Positions 36,548 to 45,494 of a stretch of DNA of 64,000 nucleotides are shown in pieces; positions within the stretch are counted from its first letter, which is position 1, and the number at the start of each line of letters is the position of its first letter. The notes under the pieces were generated by a model. It ran no database searches and was not told where the DNA came from. It worked only from the letters and a program-made list of their open reading frames with translations. Position numbers and translations under genes: made by a program. This DNA is from Polyangia bacterium (GTDB lineage Bacteria; Myxococcota_A; Polyangia; Fen-1088). The stretch lies in the NCBI GenBank assembly GCA_035607055.1, contig DATNDC010000129.1, forward strand, positions 8,999-72,998, in the 5' to 3' direction.

Positions 36548-37438
36548 TCAGGTCGGGGCGTCGGCGAGCGCGTCCGCGAGGTAGGCGGCGAGCCCGTCTT
36601 CCCACGACGCCAGCGAATCGAGGCCGCGCTCGCGCAGGGCGCGGTTGTCGAGGATGGCGCGTACGGGACGCGCCGCGCGCAGCGCCAGCGCCGCGGTCGG
36701 GAGGGCCTCCACGCGCTCTTCCGGCAGACCGAGCCGCGCGGCGATGCGGCGGGCGAACTCGGCCCAGCTCGTCTCCCCCGCCGCCGTGCAGTGGTAGAGG
36801 CCGTAGAAGGTGGTCCCCGCCAGCGCCGCCGACACGCGCGCCGGCTCGTCCACCCAGGTCGGCGAGGCGCGGCGGTCGCGATCGACCCGCAGGGTCTCGC
36901 CGCCGCGCAGGCGGCGCACGAGCGTCGAGGGGAAGTTGCGGCCGCCGCGGCCGTAGAGGCAGCCGACGCGCAGGATGAAATGGCGCGGCGTCGCGGCCGC
37001 CACGCGCGCGTCACCGGCGACCTTGCTGCGGGCGTAGCTCCCCTGAGGTGACGGCGGATCTCGCTCGTCGTAGAGTCGCTCGAGCGTGCCGTCGAAGACG
37101 AAGTCGGTCGAGTAATGCACGATCGCGGCGCCCGCGGCGGCGGCCGCGCGGGCCACGTTCTCGGCGCCGGCGGCGTTCACCGCCTCGGCCAGCGCGGGCT
37201 CGTCCTCGGCGGCGTCGACGTTCGTGTACGCCGCCGCGTTGAACACGGCGGCGGGGCGCGTCCGCGCGCACAGCGCCTGCACGGCGGCGGCGTCCCTGAT
37301 GTCACAGTCGGCGTGCGCCGCCGCCACCAGGCGCCACCCCGCAGCGGGCAGCGTCCGGCAGAGCGCGCTGCCCAGCAAGCCCTGCGCGCCCAGCACCAGC
37401 GCGACCGGCCGCCCTCCCCCTCCTCGCCCGTCACCCAT
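36548..37438 (-). CDS. rfbD: dTDP-4-dehydrorhamnose reductase
   Basis: LVLGAQGLLGSAL Rossmann motif. STDFVFDG and YARSKVAGD motifs typical of RmlD. Confidence 0.85.
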   Translation of the reverse strand: MGDGRGGGGRPVALVLGAQGLLGSALCRTLPAAGWRLVAAAHADCDIRDAAAVQALCARTRPAAVFNAAAYTNVDAAEDEPALAEAVNAAGAENVARAAAAAGAAIVHYSTDFVFDGTLERLYDERDPPSPQGSYARSKVAGDARVAAATPRHFILRVGCLYGRGGRNFPSTLVRRLRGGETLRVDRDRRASPTWVDEPARVSAALAGTTFYGLYHCTAAGETSWAEFARRIAARLGLPEERVEALPTAALALRAARPVRAILDNRALRERGLDSLASWEDGLAAYLADALADAPT

Positions 37439-37454
37439 GGCCTGGGGATGGACG

Positions 37455-38461
<1,007 letters not shown>

Positions 38462-38465
<4 letters not shown>

Positions 38466-39415
38466 CGGTCCTCTATCTCCTTTTGGTGCTGTTCGTAGTA
38501 GGCGACGGTGGCCGCGATCCCCGCGTCGAACGGCGTCCGGGCCACGAAGCCGAAGCGCTCGCGGGCGCGCGTGACGTCCAGCCGGCGGCGGGGCTGGCCG
38601 TTCGGCTTGCTGGTGTCCCAGACGAAGCGCCCCTGGTAGCGCGCCGCGCGGGCGATCTTGGTGGCCAGGTCCCGGATGGCGATCTCCTCGCCGTTGCCGA
38701 GGTTGACCGGGTCGCTCGAGTCGTAGCGCTCGGCCGCCAGCAGGATCCCGTCGGCGGCGTCCTCGACGTAGAGGAACTCGCGCGTGGCAGAGCCGTCACC
38801 CCAGAGCGTCACCTCGGGCTCGCCGCGCGTGCGCGCGCCGACGAACTTCCGGATCATCGCCGGGATGACGTGCGACGACTCGAGATCGAAGTTGTCGCGG
38901 GGCCCGTAGAGGTTGACCGGGAACAGCACGACGCTGTTCATGCCGTACTGCTGCCGGTACCCCTCGGACTGGACCAGCATCATCTTCTTGGCGATGCCGT
39001 AGGGGGCGTTGGTCTCTTCGGGGTAGCCGTTCCAGAGGTCGTCCTCTTTGAACGGAATGGGCGCGAACTTGGGGTAGGCGCAGATGGTGCCGAGCGCCAC
39101 CAGCTTGGGGATCTGGGCGAGGCGGCACTCCTCGAACAGCTGCAGCCCCATCATGGCGTTCTCGAACAGGAACCGGCCGGGGTTGGCCCGGTTGGCGCCG
39201 ATCCCCCCCACCCTCGCCGCCAGGTGGATCACCATCTCGGGCTTGGTGTCCGCCAGCAGGCGCCGGCAGGCGGCGCGATCGACGAGGTCGTACTCCGCGG
39301 ACCGCGGCACGGTCACCGCGGCTCCCGCGGCGCGCAGGCGCTCGACGACGAAGCCGCCGAGAAACCCGGCGCCGCCGGTGACGACCACCCGCCGGCCGTT
39401 CCAAAAGCTGCTCAT
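38462..39415 (-). CDS. fcl: GDP-L-fucose synthase
   Basis: [40 protein letters not shown]. 4-nt overlap with gmd. Confidence 0.92.
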
Positions 39416-39450
39416 GGAGCGCGGAATCTATCCGCAACCGCTGGCGGGCG

Positions 39451-40650
39451 CTACTGCGGAGCGGCCGCGGCCTGCAGCGCGGACCGCGTCGACAATTTGC
39501 CCGCCGCCACCTCCGCCGCCAGGGCCGTCAGCTCCGGCAGCGCGGTGCCCGGGTCGGCGGTCGGCGGGCGCACCCCGCCCGGCTTGACGCTGGCGCCGTA
39601 GGTGGTGATGACGAAGATCCGGATGACGTCGGCGCGCTCGGCCGGCAGCGCCCGCGCGTACGCCTCGACGAGATCGCCGATGTCCCTCGGCGGGCGCCCC
39701 TCGAGGACGGCGCGCCCCCAGGCCGAGAGCAGCTTGGCCTGGAAGTTTCGGAAGGGCCCGAGCACGGCGGCCGGGCTGACGCCCTCGGGGATCCGGTCGG
39801 TGACGAACGGCGCGTAGACCTCGGCCGGCGCCACCTTGCGGCCGACCGCCTTCGACTGCGCCAGCCGGTAGAGGACGGTCGCCGCCACGCCGGGATCCTC
39901 CAGCAGGTCCGCGGCGGCCCGCGGCGCGCCATCGGCGCCGAGGACGTACTTGTTCTCGCGGACGCCGGCGAACAGCTCGCGCTGCGTGCTGGTGCCCGCG
40001 CTGGCCGGCAGCGTGCCGGCCGGCCCCTCCCCCATCCGCCATTCGCGGGCGATCACCTCCAGCGCCTCGGCGTAGCCCTCCAGCAAGGGGCGCGGGGGCG
40101 GCGTCGCGGCGCCGGCGGCCACGCGCGCGGCGGCGGCGTACCCGATGAGCCCGGCGAGGGTCTGCGGCAGCGCCCGATCCTGGTCGGGGTAGGCCGGGAG
40201 CGCCAGCCAACCGACCTCGGGATGCTCGTCGACCCCACCGAAGGTCCCCTTGAGCGCCAGCCCCCGGCCCATCTTGGCGCCCACGGGGCCTCCCACCACG
40301 AACGCGGTCGGCTGGGCGGCGGCGGCGCGGGCGTCGTCGGGATAGCGCTTCCCGCCGACGTTCGCCTCACGCACCAGCTGCTTGGCGAGGTAGTCGGTCC
40401 GCAGCACCTCGCTGGCGAACCCGAGGTTGAGCTGGCGGTAGAGCGGCTCGGCGCGCGGATCGTCGGCGGCCACCGAAGCCACCAGCGGCAGCCCGGCCGG
40501 GCTCCGGGGCGCCCCCTCGACCGGCGCGTAGACGACGAACGAATCCGGCAGGCCGAGCGCGTGATCGCGATGGCAACCGCCGGACCCCAGCACCAGCAGC
40601 GTCAGACCGAGCGCCCCCAGGCGCGGGGCGCCCGTCGATCGCACTGTCAT
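39451..40650 (-). CDS. Hypothetical lipoprotein (399 aa)
   Basis: MTVRSTGAPRLGALGLTLLVLGSGGC lipobox. No recognisable catalytic motif. The start overlaps the response-regulator stop (ATGA). Confidence 0.6.
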   Translation of the reverse strand: MTVRSTGAPRLGALGLTLLVLGSGGCHRDHALGLPDSFVVYAPVEGAPRSPAGLPLVASVAADDPRAEPLYRQLNLGFASEVLRTDYLAKQLVREANVGGKRYPDDARAAAAQPTAFVVGGPVGAKMGRGLALKGTFGGVDEHPEVGWLALPAYPDQDRALPQTLAGLIGYAAAARVAAGAATPPPRPLLEGYAEALEVIAREWRMGEGPAGTLPASAGTSTQRELFAGVRENKYVLGADGAPRAAADLLEDPGVAATVLYRLAQSKAVGRKVAPAEVYAPFVTDRIPEGVSPAAVLGPFRNFQAKLLSAWGRAVLEGRPPRDIGDLVEAYARALPAERADVIRIFVITTYGASVKPGGVRPPTADPGTALPELTALAAEVAAGKLSTRSALQAAAAPQ

Positions 40651-41081
40651 TGGAACCGGGCCGACTCGGCCGGTTCACAGTAGCGTTGCAGGAGCCGCGT
40701 CAGCGCGTCGAAGTCGACCGGCTTGTAGAGCACGGTGACCTCCTCGCGCACGCCGATCATCTGGTCGTTGGCCGCCGTCATGATCACCCGCGGGATCGAG
40801 GCGAGCTTCGGCGACTTCTTGATGACCTTCAAGAGCTCGACCCCGTTCATCTCGGGCATGAACAGGTCGATGAGCATGAGCGCCGGAACCTCGACCTCCA
40901 GCAGCGAGAGCGCTTCTCGGCCGTTCGACGCGCAGAGCGCCCGGTAGCCGCTGTCCTCGACCACGTCGTTGATCGTCAGCGCCACGTCGCGGTCGTCTTC
41001 GACGATCAGCACCGCGGGACGGCGCGGCGGCAGGGTCGAGCCGGGTCCGGCTGACGACGTTTTGGTGGGCATCGGGTTCAC
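40647..41081 (-). CDS. Single-domain response regulator (CheY-like receiver)
   Basis: GTG start. VLIVEDDRDV, phospho-acceptor context LMLIDLFMPEMNG, and conserved T/K region (VIMTAAND..YKP). Confidence 0.88.
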   Translation of the reverse strand: MNPMPTKTSSAGPGSTLPPRRPAVLIVEDDRDVALTINDVVEDSGYRALCASNGREALSLLEVEVPALMLIDLFMPEMNGVELLKVIKKSPKLASIPRVIMTAANDQMIGVREEVTVLYKPVDFDALTRLLQRYCEPAESARFQ

Positions 41082-41153
41082 GTGGTCGCTTCGTGGTCTC
41101 TATAGATCCGAGATCGACATGGATCAATCCTCCCGATCGCAAAAGCTGAAGCG

Positions 41154-41227
<74 letters not shown>

Positions 41228-41416
41228 GTCCCGCTGGCTGCGGGCCTTTCTTTAGCACGAAGGCGACCCGGATCCTCATTCAAGTCCCGTTCCCAGGCCG
41301 ACGATGGGTAACCAGGAAGGGGCGAACGTCGTTCTCCGCCAAAATTATGCCAGCGGCAAAAGCCACGATAAGATATCGACAATCCGCGAAAACGCGCCCG
41401 GCCATCGACACCAGAT

Positions 41417-42016
41417 ATGTCTAGGGGAGACAAACGGTGGATCGTCGCCGGCTCGCTCGCCGCACTGGCGGGGGGGGGCTGGCTCGCGATCCACGAGCGG
41501 CCCGGTGCCAGGCGGCACACCGCCACGGCTGATCGCGTCCCCGGGGACGGTTTTCAGGGGTTCTCGTCACGTCCGTTCTCGGGGGTCGGCGCCGCCCCGG
41601 CGGCGCCGGAGACCCCGGAGATGATTGCCCACGAGGTCGACGGCGTGATGGGGCGCTGGCGGACCGCCATCCTGGTCAAGGATGCTCCGACGGTCGTGGC
41701 GCTCGACCTGACCTTCCGGCAGCAGCCCGAGCGGTTCACGGCGGCGCTCGAGAAGAGCGCCGAGGCCGAGGAGAACGAACGGGTGCGGGCGTTCTCGACC
41801 CGGGTCCTCGGGAAGCTGAAGAACGCGGCCCTTGCCCCGCTCTACCGGCGCCTGCTGTCGGACAAGAGCCCCTATGTGCGCCAGAACGCCGCCTGGGCGC
41901 TGGGCGAGCTGGGCGCGGCCGCGGCGCCTGCGCTCGCCGAGCTGCAGACGGCGAGCACGAAAGATCCGGCCAACGACGTCCGCGCCGCCGCGCGCGACGC
42001 GCTCGGAAAGCTTTGA
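41417..42016 (+). CDS. HEAT-repeat protein with N-terminal membrane anchor
   Basis: WIVAGSLAALAGGGWLAI anchor. HEAT/PBS repeats: ENERVRAFSTRVLGKL, SPYVRQNAAWALGELG, ANDVRAAARDALGKL. Confidence 0.65.
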   Translation: MSRGDKRWIVAGSLAALAGGGWLAIHERPGARRHTATADRVPGDGFQGFSSRPFSGVGAAPAAPETPEMIAHEVDGVMGRWRTAILVKDAPTVVALDLTFRQQPERFTAALEKSAEAEENERVRAFSTRVLGKLKNAALAPLYRRLLSDKSPYVRQNAAWALGELGAAAAPALAELQTASTKDPANDVRAAARDALGKL

Positions 42017-42037
42017 GCAGAGAGAACGGAAGGAATC

Positions 42038-42196
42038 GTGGCTGACAAATCCAAACGAAAGTCGGCTCGGCCCGCCAAGAAGGCGTGGCAGAAGCCGCGC
42101 ATCAAGAGCGGACGGCTGTTCGAATCGAACAGCCTCGCCTGTGGGAAGAACGGCCCGGGCATGGACTCCTGCGAGCAGTTCCCGAAGATGTCATGA
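42038..42196 (+). CDS. Candidate RiPP precursor peptide (52 aa), unannotated in ORF track
   Basis: GTG 42038 lies 3-4 nt after GGAAGGA. Product is (M)ADKSKRKSARPAKKAWQKPRIKSGRLFESNSLACGKNGPGMDSCEQFPKMS. The stop overlaps the next gene's ATG (ATGA). G/C-rich third positions. Confidence 0.5.
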   Translation: MADKSKRKSARPAKKAWQKPRIKSGRLFESNSLACGKNGPGMDSCEQFPKMS

Positions 42197-43512
42197 GTGA
42201 TGTCATGAGCGCGCGCCCTCCCTCCTCTTCCTCTTCCGAGAAGCTGACCCTCTCGATCGGCGGCCTGGTGGGCGAGCTCGCGCTCGTCGGCGCCCCGCCG
42301 GTCTTCCTCGAGCAGGTGCGAGCTCGGTACGGCGCCTTCGCGCTGCCGGCGGTCGGCCACGCGGCGCCCGACTTCGTGCTCCGGTTGAAGCTGGATCCCC
42401 TCCCCCCGCCGGGCGGCTCGCCGGGCAAGCGCCTGGCCGAGACGGAGGCGCGCCCGCTCGAGGTCACGGTCCGCGGGAACGCCGTGTCGGTCCAGCGGTG
42501 GGATCTGGGGGTGCGCTTGCGCGGCCGCGGCGCGGGCTACCGCGGCGAAGGCCACTGCGAGGCGAGCCCGTTTGCGCTGGACTGCGTCCTGCGGGTGCTG
42601 TTCGCGACCCTGCTCCCCCGCGTGGGCGGGATGCTGATTCATGGCTGTGGGCTGCGGCACGCGGCCGTGGGCGTGATCTTCCCCGGCGTGAGCGGCTCCG
42701 GCAAGACGACGCTGGCCCGCAAGGCCCCCGACGCGGACGACGTCCTGTCGGACGAGATCGTGGCGGTCCGACGGCTCGACGACGGCTGGCGCGTGTTCGG
42801 AACGCCCTTCTGGGGGGACTTCGCGCGCGGCGGGATCTCGATGCGCAGCTGGCCGCTGCGCGCGGTGGGCTTCCTGCACCAGGCGCGCGAGGTGGCGATG
42901 ACGCCGATCACCTCGTCGGACGCGACGCTGCGGCTGCTCGGTTGCTTCCTGGCCTTCGCCACCGACCGCGCGTCGGTCGAGCGCAACCTGGCGGTGGCGG
43001 TCCAGCTCTGCGCCGAGGTCCGCTCGGTGGAGGCGAGCCTGACGCGGGCCGCGCCGACGGCGGCGGTGTTCCGCAAGCTCGGGCCGCACCTCGGTCCCGA
43101 GGTGACGCGCAAGGTGCCGCCGGCCAACGCCCGCGAGCTCATCTCGGAGTTCCGCGCGCTCCTGCGCAAGCAGCAGTCGTACACCTTCCGCCCGCGCGCG
43201 GGCGGCGCCGAGGGCTGGCTCAAGAGCGGCGAGGCGCTGGCCGTGGAGCCGCCCGGCGTGGGGGCGCCGCTTTCGCCCGGTGACATCATCCTGGCCTGGA
43301 TCCCCGGGGCCTCGCCCGACGAGGACGCCCTCGCCTGCCGGCGCCTCACGGCGGCGACCGCCCGGGCCGCGGGCGGCGGCGAGCTCCTCGGCCGCGTGAC
43401 GCTGGTCTGCCGCGACGGCAAGCGGCAGCCGCTGCCCGGCCGGGTCGGCGATCTGGCCCGCAGCTTCGGCCCGCTGGTGGCCCTCCCCATGCTCAAGATG
43501 GCCGGACGATGA
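42193..43512 (+). CDS. HPr kinase/phosphorylase-like protein (HprK-related, RiPP-associated)
   Basis: Start set at ATG 42193. The central segment MLIHGCGLRHAAVGVIFPGVSGSGKTTLARK..DDVLSDEIVAV matches the HprK catalytic core (HG..VGVLI.G.SG.GKS...DD). It carries extra N-terminal (~170 aa) and C-terminal (~110 aa) regions. Confidence 0.75.
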   Translation: MSDVMSARPPSSSSSEKLTLSIGGLVGELALVGAPPVFLEQVRARYGAFALPAVGHAAPDFVLRLKLDPLPPPGGSPGKRLAETEARPLEVTVRGNAVSVQRWDLGVRLRGRGAGYRGEGHCEASPFALDCVLRVLFATLLPRVGGMLIHGCGLRHAAVGVIFPGVSGSGKTTLARKAPDADDVLSDEIVAVRRLDDGWRVFGTPFWGDFARGGISMRSWPLRAVGFLHQAREVAMTPITSSDATLRLLGCFLAFATDRASVERNLAVAVQLCAEVRSVEASLTRAAPTAAVFRKLGPHLGPEVTRKVPPANARELISEFRALLRKQQSYTFRPRAGGAEGWLKSGEALAVEPPGVGAPLSPGDIILAWIPGASPDEDALACRRLTAATARAAGGGELLGRVTLVCRDGKRQPLPGRVGDLARSFGPLVALPMLKMAGR

Positions 43513-43778
43513 CCTGGAAGCGCGATCCCGGGCTGCCGTTTCAGACGCTGGAAGAGGAGACCATCGTCGTCGACCCGCGCACGCGCGAGGTCCACCTGCT
43601 GAACGACACCGCGGCCCGAGTCTGGGAGTTGCTCGCGTCGGCCCAGTCGGTCGACGCGCTCACCGCGGCGCTCGGCGAAGAGTACGACGCGCCCGCCGAC
43701 GAGCTGCGCGCCGGCGTCGAAGAGCTGCTCGCGGGGCTCTCTGAAAAGGGCCTGCTGCTCGGCGCCGAGGGGCGCTAG
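43509..43778 (+). CDS. PqqD-family protein (RiPP recognition element type)
   Basis: 89 aa. EETIVVDPRTREVHLLNDTAARVWELLASAQSVDALTAALGEEYDAPADELRAGVEELLAGLSEKGLL is the classic PqqD pattern. ATGA overlap with the upstream gene. Confidence 0.8.
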   Translation: MTWKRDPGLPFQTLEEETIVVDPRTREVHLLNDTAARVWELLASAQSVDALTAALGEEYDAPADELRAGVEELLAGLSEKGLLLGAEGR

Positions 43779-43779
43779 C

Positions 43780-44943
43780 GTGGCGTCGGGACCGCGCTGC
43801 GACGACGACGCGCTCGTCGGCGTGGGCCAGCACGAGGTGGTGAGCCGCGTCCAGAGCCTGGCCTACGAGCGGATGATCCCGCTCAACGTCTCGTTCGAGC
43901 TGACCCTCAAGTGCAACATCCGCTGCCTCCACTGCTACAACTTCGACCGCGACAGCGACGGCCCCGCCAGCTGCGCGGGCGACGCCAGCCTGACGCCCGA
44001 GCTGTCGCTGGACGAGATCCTGCGCGTCCTCGGCGAGCTGCGCGAGGCCGGGACGCTGTTCCTCTCGCTGACCGGCGGCGAGGTGCTGAGCTCGCCCCAC
44101 CTCTTCCCGGTGCTCGACCGCGCGCGCGAGCTGAACCTGGCGGTGCAGCTCCTCAGCAACGGGACGCTGCTGCGGCCGGGGACGGCGGCGCGGCTCGGCA
44201 GCTACCGGAACCTCCTCGGCGTCAGCATCAGCCTCTACGGCGCGACGCCCGAGGTCCACGACGCGGTCACGCAGATCCGCGGCTCCTGGCGGCGGACGCT
44301 GGACGGCGCGGCCCGCCTGCGCGCGCTCGGCGTGGCGGTCCGCCTCAAGCTGATCGTGATGCGGCCCAACGTGCACGAGGTCGGCGCGATGCGCGCTCTG
44401 GCGGACGCGCGGGGCCTCCCCTACCTGCTCGACCTCACGGTCACGGCGCGCCACGACGGGACGCGCGGGAGCCTGGCCATGCGCATCACCGAGGACGAGC
44501 TCGGGGCGCTCTACCGCGGGCCGCTGCGCGATCTCCTCCCCCGGGGGGACCGCTCGGTCGACGAGGCGGCCTTTCCCTGCAACTGCGCGCGCGGCAACTG
44601 CGCCATCTCGGCGCGCGGTGAGGTCTTCCCCTGCGTCTCGGTCCCCTGGGCCGCCGGCAACGTGCGGGAGCGGCCGTTCGGCGAGATCTGGCGCCGCTCG
44701 CCGGTGTTCGAGCGGATCCGGGGGCTCAAGATCGCCGACTACCCCGCCTGCGCCCCCTGCCCCGACAAAGCCTTCTGCTCGCGCGATCGGGGCGCCGCGT
44801 ACAACGCGTCGGGGAGCTACACCGGGACCGACCCGTTCGTCTGCGCCGCCGCCGGCGTGGCGCGCGCCGTCGCCGGAGCGCACGACGATGGGCGCGCCGA
44901 CCTGGACGTCCGCCTGCCGCTGGCCGTTGCGGGGGCGCGCTGA
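43780..44943 (+). CDS. Radical SAM enzyme with SPASM-type C-terminal domain
   Basis: GTG start 1 nt after the PqqD stop. CNIRCLHC (CxxxCxxC). The C-terminus holds 8 further Cys, including CNCARGNCAISARGEVFPC and CAPCPDKAFC (Cx2Cx5C). Confidence 0.88.
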   Translation: MASGPRCDDDALVGVGQHEVVSRVQSLAYERMIPLNVSFELTLKCNIRCLHCYNFDRDSDGPASCAGDASLTPELSLDEILRVLGELREAGTLFLSLTGGEVLSSPHLFPVLDRARELNLAVQLLSNGTLLRPGTAARLGSYRNLLGVSISLYGATPEVHDAVTQIRGSWRRTLDGAARLRALGVAVRLKLIVMRPNVHEVGAMRALADARGLPYLLDLTVTARHDGTRGSLAMRITEDELGALYRGPLRDLLPRGDRSVDEAAFPCNCARGNCAISARGEVFPCVSVPWAAGNVRERPFGEIWRRSPVFERIRGLKIADYPACAPCPDKAFCSRDRGAAYNASGSYTGTDPFVCAAAGVARAVAGAHDDGRADLDVRLPLAVAGAR

Positions 44944-44990
44944 CCTACCTTGTCGGCCGAGCGTCGCCAGATTTATCGTCGGCCGCGAAG

Positions 44991-45494
44991 ATGCCCGCCC
45001 TGACCCCGGTCGTCGAGATCAAACGCACGCTCGCCGGCGGCGAGAAGCGGTTCGAGTGCCTGCGCCTGGCGGGGAACGCGACGCACGCGGTGCTGCTCTG
45101 GATCGCGCGCGCGCCGATGCACGTGCACGGCGTCGACCTCCCCACGGGGACGGTCAGCTTCGGCCACTTCTGGACCGACCGGTTCTTCAACGTGTACCAC
45201 TGGCTCGACGCCGAGCGCCGGACGATGGGCTACTACTTCAACATCGCCGACCGGACGCGGATCGCGACGGCTGAGCTCGAGTGGCGCGATCTGGTGGTCG
45301 ACGTGCTGGCGACGCCGGCCGGCCGGCTGGACGTCCTCGACGAGGACGAGCTCCCCGAGGTGGTCGAGCCCGAGGCGGCGGCCCACATCGCCGCCGGAAA
45401 GGCCGCGGTGCTGGGCGCGCTGCCGGCCATCAGCGCCGAAGTCGAGGCCGCCTCGCGGGCGCTCTTCCCGCTGGTCTTTCCGACGCCTGGCTAG
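44991..45494 (+). CDS. DUF402-like protein (FomD / nucleoside di-/tri-phosphatase-related fold)
   Basis: FGHFWTDRFFNVYHWLDAERRTMGYYFNIADRTRIATAELEWRDLVVDVLATPAGRLDVLDEDEL resembles the DUF402 core. It lies 48 nt after the rSAM gene on the same strand. Confidence 0.6.
   Translation: MPALTPVVEIKRTLAGGEKRFECLRLAGNATHAVLLWIARAPMHVHGVDLPTGTVSFGHFWTDRFFNVYHWLDAERRTMGYYFNIADRTRIATAELEWRDLVVDVLATPAGRLDVLDEDELPEVVEPEAAAHIAAGKAAVLGALPAISAEVEAASRALFPLVFPTPG

Noticed and set aside
42038-45494. Interpretation of the locus as a lasso-peptide cluster, prompted by HprK-like plus PqqD
   Set aside because: No Asn-synthetase-like cyclase and no transglutaminase-like leader protease is present in or near the operon. 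A radical SAM/SPASM enzyme occupies that position instead.
45491-45494. 4-nt overlap of convergent stop codons (DUF402-like TAG and gluQ TAG within CTAG)
   Set aside because: This is a trivial consequence of a palindromic CTAG, with no evidence of functional significance.
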